Source of the DNA: Pseudomonadota bacterium
GTDB taxonomy: Bacteria > Pseudomonadota > Alphaproteobacteria > Rhizobiales > Devosiaceae
NCBI GenBank assembly: GCA_023437755.1
Contig: JAEZFJ010000097.1
Span: 1-63,041, forward strand
Length of the DNA: 63,041 bases
Direction of reading: 5' to 3'
A program made the translations under genes and the position numbers. Below, one piece after another: positions 30,420-40,176 of this stretch (positions are counted from its first letter, which is position 1; each line of letters starts with the position of its first letter). The notes beneath the pieces are model-generated. The model saw only the letters and a list, made by a program, of their open reading frames with translations, was not told the origin of the DNA and did not search any database.

Positions 30420-30542
30420 AGTATCTATCTCCGGTGTGGTCGCTACGGCTCAAGGACGACCGCGCGCGGGACGATCCGACATCCACTCGATGAAAATGCG
30501 GTATATGCTCGCAGGCGAGACAGACCTCGAGGAGAAGACTAG

Positions 30543-31121
30543 ATGACGGCGCTCGTCGTTGGCTTACTCGTATTTCTCGGCGTCCATTCGCTCTCGATCG
30601 TCTCGCCGGGCGGCCGCGACAGGCTCGCTGCGCGAGTGGGCGAGCGGGGCTGGAAGGGTTTGTACTCCGTCGCTTCGATCGTCGGGTTCGTGCTGCTCAT
30701 CTGGGGTTACGGCCAAGCGCGGGCCCATCCCGTCGTTCTTTATATGCCCCCGCCCGAGCTGCGTTGGGTCACGGCAGTGCTCATGCTGCCCGTCTTTCCC
30801 TTGCTGCTCGCCCCCTATTTTCCAGGCCGCATTCGTCAGGCGCTCAAGCATCCCATGCTCGTCGCGGTCAAGCTCTGGGCGCTCGCCCATCTGCTGTCCA
30901 ACGGGATGCTGGCCGATGTGGTCTTGTTCGGAGCATTCCTTGCTTGGGCGGTTGCAGATCGCATCTCATTCAAGCGGCGGGTGCAACGGCCCCTCAAGAC
31001 GCTCCCGCAGTCGAGAATGAACGATGCGATCGCAATCGTGCTCGGTCTCGTGCTCTATTTCGGGTTCCTGCATTACCTGCATCTGCGGTGGATCGGCGTA
31101 TCGCCGTTGCCAGTGGGGTAA
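30543..31121 (+). CDS. nnrU: NnrU family membrane protein
   Basis: FLGVHS; WKGLYSVAS; KHPMLVAVKLWALAHLLSNG. Confidence 0.88.
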   Translation: MTALVVGLLVFLGVHSLSIVSPGGRDRLAARVGERGWKGLYSVASIVGFVLLIWGYGQARAHPVVLYMPPPELRWVTAVLMLPVFPLLLAPYFPGRIRQALKHPMLVAVKLWALAHLLSNGMLADVVLFGAFLAWAVADRISFKRRVQRPLKTLPQSRMNDAIAIVLGLVLYFGFLHYLHLRWIGVSPLPVG

Positions 31122-31143
31122 GAGCGTTCGGTAAGGAGCGGTC

Positions 31144-31743
31144 ATGCGTGTTCTGTTGCGCTGCGCGTCTTTGCTTGCGATCGTTTGCGCTGCCCATCTC
31201 GCGCAGAGCGCGGACGATGGGTCCGAAGTCTCTCGCGGAGCCGAGCCGATCGATGCGATCTGGAAGGTGCGCGGCATCACGTTCCGCTACGACAGTCCGA
31301 GCACCTTCTATTATTGCGACACGCTGCAACGGCGAGTCGCGGACATCATGCTCGCGGTGGGTGCGAGCGAGCAGATGGATGTCAAAGCCAAGTGCTCAGT
31401 GGGTCCGTTGATCAACAGCACCACGATTCGGATCGTGGTCGGTATTCCGATCGAGGCGACGCGGGAGAACCTCATTGCAGAGACCACTTTCGATAGCCGA
31501 ACGATGCTCATCGCGGAGGCTCGCAACTGGACGCTCGCGACGCCCGAAACGGTGCACCGTTTTCGGGCCGTCCCTACCGATGTCTCCTTCAATACGTTCG
31601 CAGCGAGCGATTGCGACCTGCTCGAAGCCATCAGCACGCAAGTGTTTCCTCAGCTCGGGATCGAGACCAAGCAGGCATTGAACTGCGGTGGCGCCCAGCC
31701 TCTCATCAATCTCACCGTCAGAGCGCTCAAGCCTGTGCAGTAG
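31144..31743 (+). CDS. secreted hypothetical protein
   Basis: AAGGAG SD; signal peptide; four Cys in the mature region. Confidence 0.65.
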   Translation: MRVLLRCASLLAIVCAAHLAQSADDGSEVSRGAEPIDAIWKVRGITFRYDSPSTFYYCDTLQRRVADIMLAVGASEQMDVKAKCSVGPLINSTTIRIVVGIPIEATRENLIAETTFDSRTMLIAEARNWTLATPETVHRFRAVPTDVSFNTFAASDCDLLEAISTQVFPQLGIETKQALNCGGAQPLINLTVRALKPVQ

Positions 31744-31882
31744 CGCACGTTGCGAGAGTTTACTCGCCGCCCGCATAACAAAGATGCATGTCGTCATGAT
31801 GACGCTGTCTTGCTAAGGACCCGTCGCAGGGTGGCGACCCTGCCTCGTTGTCTTTGCATCAGCGGCATTCCTGACGACCGGT

Positions 31883-31914
31883 CATGAATGTCATGCGCTC
31901 GGACCGATTGGTCG
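31883..31914 (+). promoter_or_regulatory. CATGAATG-N11-GACCGATTGGTCG motif, copy 1
   Basis: Same flanks and spacing as the copy at 33578-33609; ~50 nt upstream of the OMF gene. Confidence 0.55.
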
Positions 31915-31966
31915 GTCCTGTGTGCCTGTCTAGAGTGCGCACCACTGGCACACCGAGACATTCAAT

Positions 31967-33403
31967 ATGCAACCCGTTCGCAAAGTGCGCTCCGCGCTCG
32001 TCATTGCTATTGCTGCGACGCTCTCAGCGTGTGCGGTTGGACCTGACTACCACCGGCCCGACATGTCTGCGCCAGATGCCTTCGTAGGTACCGAAGGGGC
32101 CCAGTTCAACGGGGCCGAAGTCGAGCGGGAGTTCTGGACGGCGTTCAATGACGTGCAGCTCAATCGCCTCATCGAGGAGGCACTGAGCGCCAACCACGAT
32201 GTGCGCATTGCGACCGCGCGTCTTCGCGAAGCTCGCGCTCTGCGCGGCGAAGCACGCTTCGATCTTGCGCCCACGATCACCGAGCAGGCATCGCACGTCG
32301 ATACGCGTGTGAGTGAGCGTCAGGCGCCGTTCACCGGCGTCGATCGCGATCAGGACTACTACGAGACGAGCTTCGATGCCTTCTGGGAGCTCGATTTCTT
32401 CGGTCGTGTGCGCCGCGGTGTCGAAGCTGCGAGCGCCGAGCTGCAAGCGGCGGAGGCGAACCTCTACAGCACGCAGGTCAGCGTGACCGCTGAGGTCGCT
32501 CGCAATTACTTCGAATTGCGCGGTGCGCAGACGCGCTTGGAAGTGGCGCGACGTAACGCGGCGAACCAGAGCGAGTCGCTGCGATTGACGACGACACGTC
32601 TCGAAGCAGGACGGGGCACGCAGCTCGATGTTTCGCGCGCTCAAGCGCAACTGTCGGCGACACTGGGATCGATCCCAGATCTCGAGGCCGAGGTGAATCA
32701 GGCGATGCTACGCCTCGCCGTGCTCGCCGGACGTGAGCCACAGGCGCTCACTGCTGACTTGAGCCAGCCGAAAGATCTGCCCGCCCTGCCGCGAACACAT
32801 AGCATCGGCACGCCCGAAGCATTGCTGCGGAGGCGTCCGGATGTCATTGCGGCTGAGCGCCAGCTTGCGGCATCGACCGCGCGCATCGGCATCGCAGTGG
32901 GCGATCTCTTCCCGCGAATCTCATTCGTGGGCAGTTGGGGTTTCGATGCGGTCGCAAGCGGCGATCTAGGCAATTCCAGCAGCGAAACCTATGCGTTCGG
33001 GCCCAGCATTCGATGGGCGGCGTTCGACCTTGGTCGCGTCCGCCAACGCATCAAGCAACGCGAAGCAGCGAACGATGCCGCCTTGGCGCGGTATGAGCAA
33101 ACGGTGCTTCGTGCGTTGGAGGAGACGGACGCCAGCCTCACCCATTACACGAAGTCGATCGTGAAGCAGGAGCACTTGCGCGCAAGCGCGGACGCCTCTC
33201 TCGAAGCCGCACGTATCGCTCGCGTTCGCTTCGAGAATGGTGCTGCGGATTTCTTGACAGTCCTGGATGCGGAGCGCAGTGCCTTGCAAGCGGAAGACGC
33301 GCTTGCACAAAGCGAGACCCAAACCGCCACCGCTCTGCTGTCGATGTACAAGGCGTTGGGCGGCGGGTTCAGGCCCGTCGCGCGGACGGCGTCCGCGAAG
33401 TGA
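31967..33403 (+). CDS. RND outer-membrane factor lipoprotein (OprN/NodT-like)
   Basis: Lipobox LSAC-AVGPDY; WELDFFGR; LRRRPDV; YKALGGG. Confidence 0.95.
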   Translation: MQPVRKVRSALVIAIAATLSACAVGPDYHRPDMSAPDAFVGTEGAQFNGAEVEREFWTAFNDVQLNRLIEEALSANHDVRIATARLREARALRGEARFDLAPTITEQASHVDTRVSERQAPFTGVDRDQDYYETSFDAFWELDFFGRVRRGVEAASAELQAAEANLYSTQVSVTAEVARNYFELRGAQTRLEVARRNAANQSESLRLTTTRLEAGRGTQLDVSRAQAQLSATLGSIPDLEAEVNQAMLRLAVLAGREPQALTADLSQPKDLPALPRTHSIGTPEALLRRRPDVIAAERQLAASTARIGIAVGDLFPRISFVGSWGFDAVASGDLGNSSSETYAFGPSIRWAAFDLGRVRQRIKQREAANDAALARYEQTVLRALEETDASLTHYTKSIVKQEHLRASADASLEAARIARVRFENGAADFLTVLDAERSALQAEDALAQSETQTATALLSMYKALGGGFRPVARTASAK

Positions 33404-33420
33404 AGTGACGAGGTGACAAA

Positions 33421-33560
33421 GTGACGGAGTGACGAAGTCAGAGCGAAACGCCTTTCCGTCAGAACGGAACGCTTCTCCGTCAGAGCTAAACGCCTCTCCC
33501 TTCAGGGAGAGGCCGCCAGCGGAGCGGCGGGTGAGGGTTCTGACTTCGTCACTCCGTCAC
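33421..33560. repeat. MITE-like element with 22-bp perfect inverted arms and three ~21-nt internal direct repeats
   Basis: gtgacggagtgacgaagtcaga / tctgacttcgtcactccgtcac; internal (gtcagagcgaaacgcc...tcc) x3. Confidence 0.75.
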
Positions 33561-33577
33561 GTTTCTTTCCTCTCCGG

Positions 33578-33609
33578 CATGAATGACTTTCGCCGCGACC
33601 GATTGGTCG
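33578..33609 (+). promoter_or_regulatory. CATGAATG-N11-GACCGATTGGTCG motif, copy 2
   Basis: ~70 nt upstream of the MFP start. Confidence 0.55.
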
Positions 33610-33679
33610 AGCGGGTGCGCACCGCTACCTTAGTCGCCAATCATCGCAACGATTGAAAGAACAACGGGAGTTTTTGTTT

Positions 33680-34810
33680 ATGGTTCGTCGTACACAGTTG
33701 GGATCTCTCGCGCTCCTGAGCGCAGTTGTCGTAACGGGCTCGGCGCTTGCGGCGTGGAAGCATTCCTCGCTCGAAGAGTCCGCCGCGGCTGCAGCAAGTC
33801 AGCCGGAGCCGGTCGAGTCGATCGCCGTCGCGGTTGCCAAGGAACGAGAACACTATCGCTCGACGACTTCGATTGGCACCGTCGTTGCGACGCGATCGAT
33901 CAGCGTCCGCAATGAGTTGCCTGGCACGGTGCGGCACGTCTCGCTCGAGCCGGGTCGAATCGTGGAGCCCGGGGAAGTGCTGGTCGCGCTGGACGTATCG
34001 GTCGAGCAGGCGGAGTTGAAGGCGCTCGAGGCGCAGTCGTTGCTTGCGCAAACGCAGTATGAGCGCATGCAGCGCATGAACGCGGAGCGCGCCGCGGCTG
34101 ATATGGAAGTCGACACCGCACGCGCTGAGCGCGACGTCGCGCTTGCGCAAATCGCGCGAACGAAGGCGATCATCGAGCGCAAGACGATTCGCGCGCCGTT
34201 CCGAGCACGCATCGGTCTTTCCGACGTCCATCCGGGTCAATATCTGAACGAAGGAACGTTGCTCACGACCCTGCAGGGCATCGATGATTCCACGTACATC
34301 GACTTCACCGTCGCGCAGCAGGTCGCGTCCTCGCTGCGGGCAGGCGATGAAGTGCAGGTCGTCACGAATCAATCGACGACCCCGATCGCGGCCAAGATCG
34401 TGGCGATCGATTCGCGAGTGGATCGCTCGACACGCAATGCCTCAGTGCGTGCCGAAGTCGCGCAGATCGACACATTGCCTGCTCCTGGCGCATCCGTTCG
34501 TGTGCAAGTACCGACCGAATCGCCGCGTCTAGCGCTCGCGATTCCTGCAAGCGCTTTGCGGAAGGGTCCGGCAGGCGACTTCGTATTCGTCGTCGAGACC
34601 GATGCCAACGGCGCATCGCGCGCGCGTCAACGCCAAGTCTCGGTCGAAGCAGCGCTCGGTGACGAAGTCGTCATCAGCGAAGGCCTCGCGCCGGGTGAAC
34701 GTGTCGCAGCATCGGGTTCATTCAAGCTCAGAGATGCAGCGCTTGTCGCGATCGCCGCACCGCAGGACGCGGTCGCCATGAATGCCACTCAAGAAGGGGA
34801 TAGGGGATAG
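33680..34810 (+). CDS. RND periplasmic adaptor (MFP)
   Basis: KTIRAPFRARIG; GLAPGERV; GGGAG SD before ATG33680. Confidence 0.92.
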   Translation: MVRRTQLGSLALLSAVVVTGSALAAWKHSSLEESAAAAASQPEPVESIAVAVAKEREHYRSTTSIGTVVATRSISVRNELPGTVRHVSLEPGRIVEPGEVLVALDVSVEQAELKALEAQSLLAQTQYERMQRMNAERAAADMEVDTARAERDVALAQIARTKAIIERKTIRAPFRARIGLSDVHPGQYLNEGTLLTTLQGIDDSTYIDFTVAQQVASSLRAGDEVQVVTNQSTTPIAAKIVAIDSRVDRSTRNASVRAEVAQIDTLPAPGASVRVQVPTESPRLALAIPASALRKGPAGDFVFVVETDANGASRARQRQVSVEAALGDEVVISEGLAPGERVAASGSFKLRDAALVAIAAPQDAVAMNATQEGDRG

Positions 34811-34903
34811 GGATAGGGGATAGTCAGAAGGGTGCGCTGTGCGCGCCTCTGGCTAGAACCCAGTACCCAATACCCAGCACCCAGCAGCCCAGTAGCCCAT
34901 CTT

Positions 34904-37900
34904 ATGCGCGCCTTCACAGACATCTTCATCAAACATCCGGTCCTCGCGATCGTCGTCAATCTCGTGATCGTACTGGTCGGCGTGCGAGCACTGTCCTCGT
35001 TGCCCGTGCAGCAATACCCGAGCCTGCAAAGCTCGTCGGTCGTCATCTCGACCGTCTACACCGGCGCAAGCGCCGAGACGGTGCGCGGATTTCTGACGAC
35101 GCCGATCGAACGCGCGGTTTCGGCGATCAGCGGTGTCGATCATATCGAATCGCAGAGCCGAGCCGGCCTCAGCACGATCACGATTCGCCTAAAGCTCAAT
35201 CACGACAGCACCGCTGCGCTCGCGGAGGTGACGGCACGCCTGCAGCAAGTTCGCTCCGAGCTGCCTTCGGAAGCCGAGCCGCCGGTCGTCGAGGTGCAGC
35301 GCGCAGATCGTCCGTACGCGACGTTCTACTTGGGATTCACGTCCACGGAGCGCACCGTGCCGGAGCTCACGGACTGGCTGTCTCGGACGCTGCAGCCGCA
35401 GCTGTCGACGTTGCAGGGCGTGCAGCGTGTGAGCTTCGAAGGCAGTCAGCCGCTCGCGATGCGCGTGTGGATCGATCCCGAGCAGCTTGCCGCACGCAAT
35501 CTCTCGCCCGGTGACGTGCATGCAGCGCTGCGCCGTAACAATTACCTCGCAGCAGTGGGTCAAACGAAGGGCAACCTCGTCCAAGTCAATCTCCTCGCCA
35601 ATACCGATCTGCGCGCCGTCGGAGAGTTCGAGAACCTGATCGTGGCCGATCGCGACGGCGCCATCGTGCGCTTGAGCGACGTCGCGAAAGTCGAGCTCGG
35701 CTCCGAAGAAGCTTCGATGGTCGCGAAGTACAACGACGAGCTGAGCGTCTATCTCGGCGTGTGGCCGTTGCCTGGCTCGAACGAGCTCGAAGTTGCGAAG
35801 CATCTCAAGGAGGAGATGCAGCGCATCGAGCCGACATTGCCGAGCGATGTGACCATGCGGCTGGTGTGGGACGGCACGATGTTCATGAGCGATGCGATCG
35901 AGGAGATCACGAAGACCCTCGGCGAAACCGTGCTCATCGTGGCGATCGTGGTGTTCCTCTTCATGGGCTCGGTGCGAACGGCGCTCGTGCCGCTCGTAGC
36001 CATGCCGGTCTCTCTCGTGGGCGCAGCAATCGTGATGCTGGCGTTCGGCTTCAGCTTGAACTTGCTGACCATCCTCGCGATCGTGCTTTCGGTCGGTCTG
36101 GTCGTCGACGATGCGATCGTGGTGGTCGAGAACGTCGAGCGCCATATTCGCGAGGGCAAGACACGCATCCAGGCGGCGCTCGTCGGTGCGCGCGAGCTGA
36201 AGGGTCCGATCATCGCGATGACCATTACGCTTGCGACGGTCTACACGCCGATCGCGTTCCAAGGCGGGCTCACGGGCTCGCTGTTCTTGGAGTTTGCCAT
36301 CACGTTGGCGGCAGCAGTCGTCGTGTCGGGTTTCGTGGCGTTGACGTTGTCCCCGCTCATGAGCTCGCGATTCGTGCATCCGCAGGGCAAAGAAGGACGA
36401 CTGACCGCGATCGTCAATCGCGGCTTCGACAAAGTCAGCAGCACCTATTCGCGATTGCTCGACGGTGCGCTCAACATGCGTTGGTCGATCGTTGCTGTCG
36501 CGGTGCTCGTCACCCTTGCTGCATGGCCGCTGTATCACTATTCGCGGCAGGAGCTCGCGCCGGTCGAAGATCAAAGTCACATCACGTTCGTCTATGAAGC
36601 CTCGCCTGACTCATCCTTGCCGGCTAGCCATCGCAATTCGCTGGAGGTGATCGAGAAGGTGGTCGCGTTCCCGGAAACGCGGTTCACCTGGTCGTTGATG
36701 GCGCCTTGGGGCGGTTTCGGCGGCCTCGTGGCGAAGAACTGGCAAGAGCGCGAGCGCTCGACGGCCGAGATGTATCCGGAAGTCTATGGTGCGGTGTCGC
36801 AAGTGCCGGGCTTACGTGTGCTGCCGGTGCTCGATAAACCGCTGCCCTCGCCAGGTCAGTTCGATGTCGAGCTCATTGTGCAGAACGACGGCTCGATCGA
36901 GCAGTTGCTCGAGACGACCCAGGCGGTGCTCGCCGCGGGCTGGCAGAGCGGCAAGTTCCTGTACGTCGACACGGACCTGAAGATCGACTTGCCGGAAGCG
37001 CGCGTCGTGCTCGATCGCGAGCGCATCGCGGACCTTGGTCTCGATCTCGCGACCGTCGCGCAGGAGCTTGGCACCTTACTCGGCGGCGCGTACGTCAATC
37101 GCTTCAACTATTTCGATCGCAGCTACAAGGTGATTCCGCAGATCGGCGAGGCCGATCGCGCGAGCCTCGAGCCGCTGCTCGATCTCAAGATCAAGACGCC
37201 GGACGGCAGCTTGGTCCCGGTGTCCACGTTCACGCGCATCGAGACGACCACGGCACCGCGCACGCTGAATCGCTTCCAACAACGCAACTCCGCTCGCATC
37301 TACGGGGGCGTGTTGCCGAATGTGACGAAGGAAGAAGGATTGCAGATTCTCGAACAGGCGGCGATGGCTGCCGGCGGGCCCGGTACCACGATCGATTTCG
37401 CGGGCGAGTCGCGGCAGATTCGCCAGGAAGGATCGGCTCTCACGACCACGCTCGGTTTTGCTGTGATCCTGATTTATTTGGTGCTTGCGGCGCAGTTCCA
37501 CAGCTTCCGCGATCCGTTGATCGTGTTGCTGGGTTCCGTGCCGCTCGCGATCTCTGGAGCGCTGGTCTTTACCTTCATCGACTGGACAACCATCAACATC
37601 TATTCACAAGTGGGGTTGATCACCCTGGTTGGACTGATTGCGAAAAACGGCATCCTGATCGTGGAATTTGCGAATACGCTTCAGGAGCAAGGAGTGGAGA
37701 AACTGGCTGCCCTGCGTGAAGCAGCGCGCACCCGACTGCGACCGGTGTTGATGACCTCAGCGGCGACGGTGTTCGGGCACTTCCCGCTCGTGCTGGTGGC
37801 GGGCCCGGGTGCCGAGGCTCGCAATAGCATCGGTATCGTGCTCGTGACCGGTATGTTGGTGGGAACGCTGTTCACGTTGTTCGTCGTACCCGTGTTCTAC

Positions 37901-37993
37901 TCGTTCATTGCCGCGGATCATCGTCGGATCGCGGATGAAGAGAGCACGGATGAGGCGCCCGAGGCAGGACAGGCTGTAGCGGCGAATGCTTGA
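34904..37993 (+). CDS. RND efflux permease (AcrB/MexW/MexI-like)
   Basis: FTDIFIKHPV; GLVVDDAIVVVEN; KNGILIVEFAN; RLRPVLMT. Confidence 0.95.
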   Translation: MRAFTDIFIKHPVLAIVVNLVIVLVGVRALSSLPVQQYPSLQSSSVVISTVYTGASAETVRGFLTTPIERAVSAISGVDHIESQSRAGLSTITIRLKLNHDSTAALAEVTARLQQVRSELPSEAEPPVVEVQRADRPYATFYLGFTSTERTVPELTDWLSRTLQPQLSTLQGVQRVSFEGSQPLAMRVWIDPEQLAARNLSPGDVHAALRRNNYLAAVGQTKGNLVQVNLLANTDLRAVGEFENLIVADRDGAIVRLSDVAKVELGSEEASMVAKYNDELSVYLGVWPLPGSNELEVAKHLKEEMQRIEPTLPSDVTMRLVWDGTMFMSDAIEEITKTLGETVLIVAIVVFLFMGSVRTALVPLVAMPVSLVGAAIVMLAFGFSLNLLTILAIVLSVGLVVDDAIVVVENVERHIREGKTRIQAALVGARELKGPIIAMTITLATVYTPIAFQGGLTGSLFLEFAITLAAAVVVSGFVALTLSPLMSSRFVHPQGKEGRLTAIVNRGFDKVSSTYSRLLDGALNMRWSIVAVAVLVTLAAWPLYHYSRQELAPVEDQSHITFVYEASPDSSLPASHRNSLEVIEKVVAFPETRFTWSLMAPWGGFGGLVAKNWQERERSTAEMYPEVYGAVSQVPGLRVLPVLDKPLPSPGQFDVELIVQNDGSIEQLLETTQAVLAAGWQSGKFLYVDTDLKIDLPEARVVLDRERIADLGLDLATVAQELGTLLGGAYVNRFNYFDRSYKVIPQIGEADRASLEPLLDLKIKTPDGSLVPVSTFTRIETTTAPRTLNRFQQRNSARIYGGVLPNVTKEEGLQILEQAAMAAGGPGTTIDFAGESRQIRQEGSALTTTLGFAVILIYLVLAAQFHSFRDPLIVLLGSVPLAISGALVFTFIDWTTINIYSQVGLITLVGLIAKNGILIVEFANTLQEQGVEKLAALREAARTRLRPVLMTSAATVFGHFPLVLVAGPGAEARNSIGIVLVTGMLVGTLFTLFVVPVFYSFIAADHRRIADEESTDEAPEAGQAVAANA

Positions 37994-38108
37994 TTCGGAT
38001 GGGACTGTAGGCTGTAGGCTGTAGCCAGAAGGGGAGAGGCGGCACTCTTTATCTCTGCCTACGGCCTACAGTCTACAGCCGATAGCGACAGCCTAAGGGG
38101 AGGACGGC

Positions 38109-38525
38109 ATGTCTCGCGTGAAGCGCTTGGATACGAGGCCAGTCACCATCGCGCTCGTAGTGTATGCGTTCGCGAGCCTGTTTCATCACGTTCACAACGC
38201 GACCTTTCTCACGGCTTATCCGAATCTGCCGCCAAGCCTGTCGATCTTGAACGTCTACGCTGCCTGGGCGGCCGTCACGACGATCGGTGTCGTGGGCTTC
38301 GTGTTGTTGCGATTCCGCTTCGTGAGTGCGGGATTATTGGCGCTCGCCATCTACGGCGCGTGTGGCTTGGATGGTCTCGCTCACTACGTGGTCGCCGATT
38401 TCACCGCTCACACCTTCGCGATGCATCTCTCCATTCTGGCGGAGGTGGCCGCGGGAATCCTGTTGATTTTCTTATCGATCGCGACGGCGATGCAGGCGCG
38501 GCGCATCGGTGCATTGCGAAGCTAG
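38109..38525 (+). CDS. small 4-TM hypothetical protein
   Basis: GGAGG SD; HHVHNA...AYPNLP; hydrophobic helices. Confidence 0.7.
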   Translation: MSRVKRLDTRPVTIALVVYAFASLFHHVHNATFLTAYPNLPPSLSILNVYAAWAAVTTIGVVGFVLLRFRFVSAGLLALAIYGACGLDGLAHYVVADFTAHTFAMHLSILAEVAAGILLIFLSIATAMQARRIGALRS

Positions 38526-38655
38526 TTGGGAAGCTCGTACCGCGCTCTCGAGTTTTCAAAGTCAGGAGTGCTGCGCTTCTCGCGCATGCGCCGCAACAAG
38601 CGCGGCTGAGCCATGGCAGAATCCGCCTCTGCCTTGAGCACAACAACAATTTCGC

Positions 38656-39981
38656 ATGCCCAATGAATCTTCCGCGCCACGGGGCAACTCGCCACGGCGT
38701 GTGCTATTTGCCAGCCTGATCGGCACCACGATCGAGTTCTTCGACTTCTACATCTACGCGACCGCGGCCGTGCTCGTGTTTCCGACGCTCTTCTTCCCGT
38801 CGGCCGACCCCACGTCTGCGACGCTGCAATCCTTCGCGACTTTCGCGCTCGCATTCTTCGCTCGGCCGGTCGGCTCCGCGCTCTTCGGCCATTTCGGCGA
38901 TCGCGTCGGACGCAAGGCGACGCTCGTTGCGGCACTGCTGACGATGGGCGTGTCAACGGTGTTGATCGGCTTGCTGCCGACTTACGAGTCCATCGGCGTG
39001 CTGGCGCCCGTGCTGCTTGCGGTCTGCCGTCTCGGTCAGGGTTTGGGATTGGGAGGAGAGTGGGGTGGCGCCGTTCTGCTTGCGACGGAGAACGCGCCTC
39101 CCGGCAAGCGGGCGTGGTACGGGATGTTCCCCCAACTCGGCGCGCCGATCGGATTCATCTGTTCCACGGGAATCTTCGTGTTGCTGACCGAATGGCTGAA
39201 CGACGCTCAGTTCCTCGCCTGGGGATGGCGTGTGCCGTTCCTTGCGAGCACGGTGCTCGTGTTCGTGGGACTGTACGTGCGTCTGCGGTTGGAGGAGACC
39301 CCGGCGTTCTTGCGAGCGCTCGAGAACGATGAGCGTGTGCGTGTGCCGATGCTCAGCGTTGCGGCGAACCAAGGAGGAACGCTGCTGCTCGGGATGTTTG
39401 CTGCGACGGCGACCTTCGTCATCTTCTACTTGATGACGGTGTTCACGTTGAGCTGGGCCGTGACGCAATTGGGTTTTCAGCGTCAGGATTTCTTGCTGCT
39501 GCAGATCGGAGGCGTGCTCTTCTTCGGTGTCACCATTCCGGTGTCTGCATTGATCGCAGACCGCTTGGGGCGGCTGCCGATGCTGATCGCAGCAACGGTG
39601 GGCATCATTCTGTTCGGGCTGACGTTCGAACCATTGTTCGGTTCTGGATCGAGCCTCGGCGCGCTGGCGTTCCTCTCGCTCGGATTGGGGCTCATGGGGC
39701 TGACGTACGGTCCGCTCGGCACGGCACTGGCTGAGCTGTTCCCAACGGCGGTGCGCTACACCGGCGCTTCGGTCACGTTCAACGCTGCCGGCATCGTCGG
39801 CGCGTCACTCGCGCCGTACATCGCCACATGGCTGGCGGGTACCTACGGACTGGCGTTTGTGGGTTACTACTTGTCGGTCGCAGCAATCGTCTCCTTGATC
39901 GCGTGGCTGATCATCAGCCGCCGAGCCTATCCAGGAGAAGAAACTCTCGCCAAGCACGCAGAGCTCGCAAAGGCAGATTGA
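38656..39981 (+). CDS. MFS transporter, metabolite:H+ symporter family
   Basis: GTTIEFFDFYIY; FGHFGDRVGRK; GGEWGGA; WGWRVPF. Confidence 0.95.
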   Translation: MPNESSAPRGNSPRRVLFASLIGTTIEFFDFYIYATAAVLVFPTLFFPSADPTSATLQSFATFALAFFARPVGSALFGHFGDRVGRKATLVAALLTMGVSTVLIGLLPTYESIGVLAPVLLAVCRLGQGLGLGGEWGGAVLLATENAPPGKRAWYGMFPQLGAPIGFICSTGIFVLLTEWLNDAQFLAWGWRVPFLASTVLVFVGLYVRLRLEETPAFLRALENDERVRVPMLSVAANQGGTLLLGMFAATATFVIFYLMTVFTLSWAVTQLGFQRQDFLLLQIGGVLFFGVTIPVSALIADRLGRLPMLIAATVGIILFGLTFEPLFGSGSSLGALAFLSLGLGLMGLTYGPLGTALAELFPTAVRYTGASVTFNAAGIVGASLAPYIATWLAGTYGLAFVGYYLSVAAIVSLIAWLIISRRAYPGEETLAKHAELAKAD

Positions 39982-40167
39982 GGAGCGGATTCTTCTGGTC
40001 TCCATGTCTCCACGTCTCTTCGAGAGTTACTCTTCTGAATGCCGTGCGGTTGCCAAGGAGAGAATGATCTCGCAGAGACGCGGAGTCGCGGAGACGCGGA
40101 GGTCGGAAAGGAAGATTCACTTCATATCTTCCCTTGCGAGCTTTGCGTGCTTGGCGAGAGTTTCTTC
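39937..40167. repeat. 42-bp inverted arms (3 mismatches) enclosing a second inverted 9-mer array
   Basis: 39937-39978 vs reverse complement of 40126-40167; inner gtctccatgtctccacgtctct / agagacgcggagtcgcggagac. Confidence 0.8.
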
Positions 40168-40176
40168 GTCCGAAGC

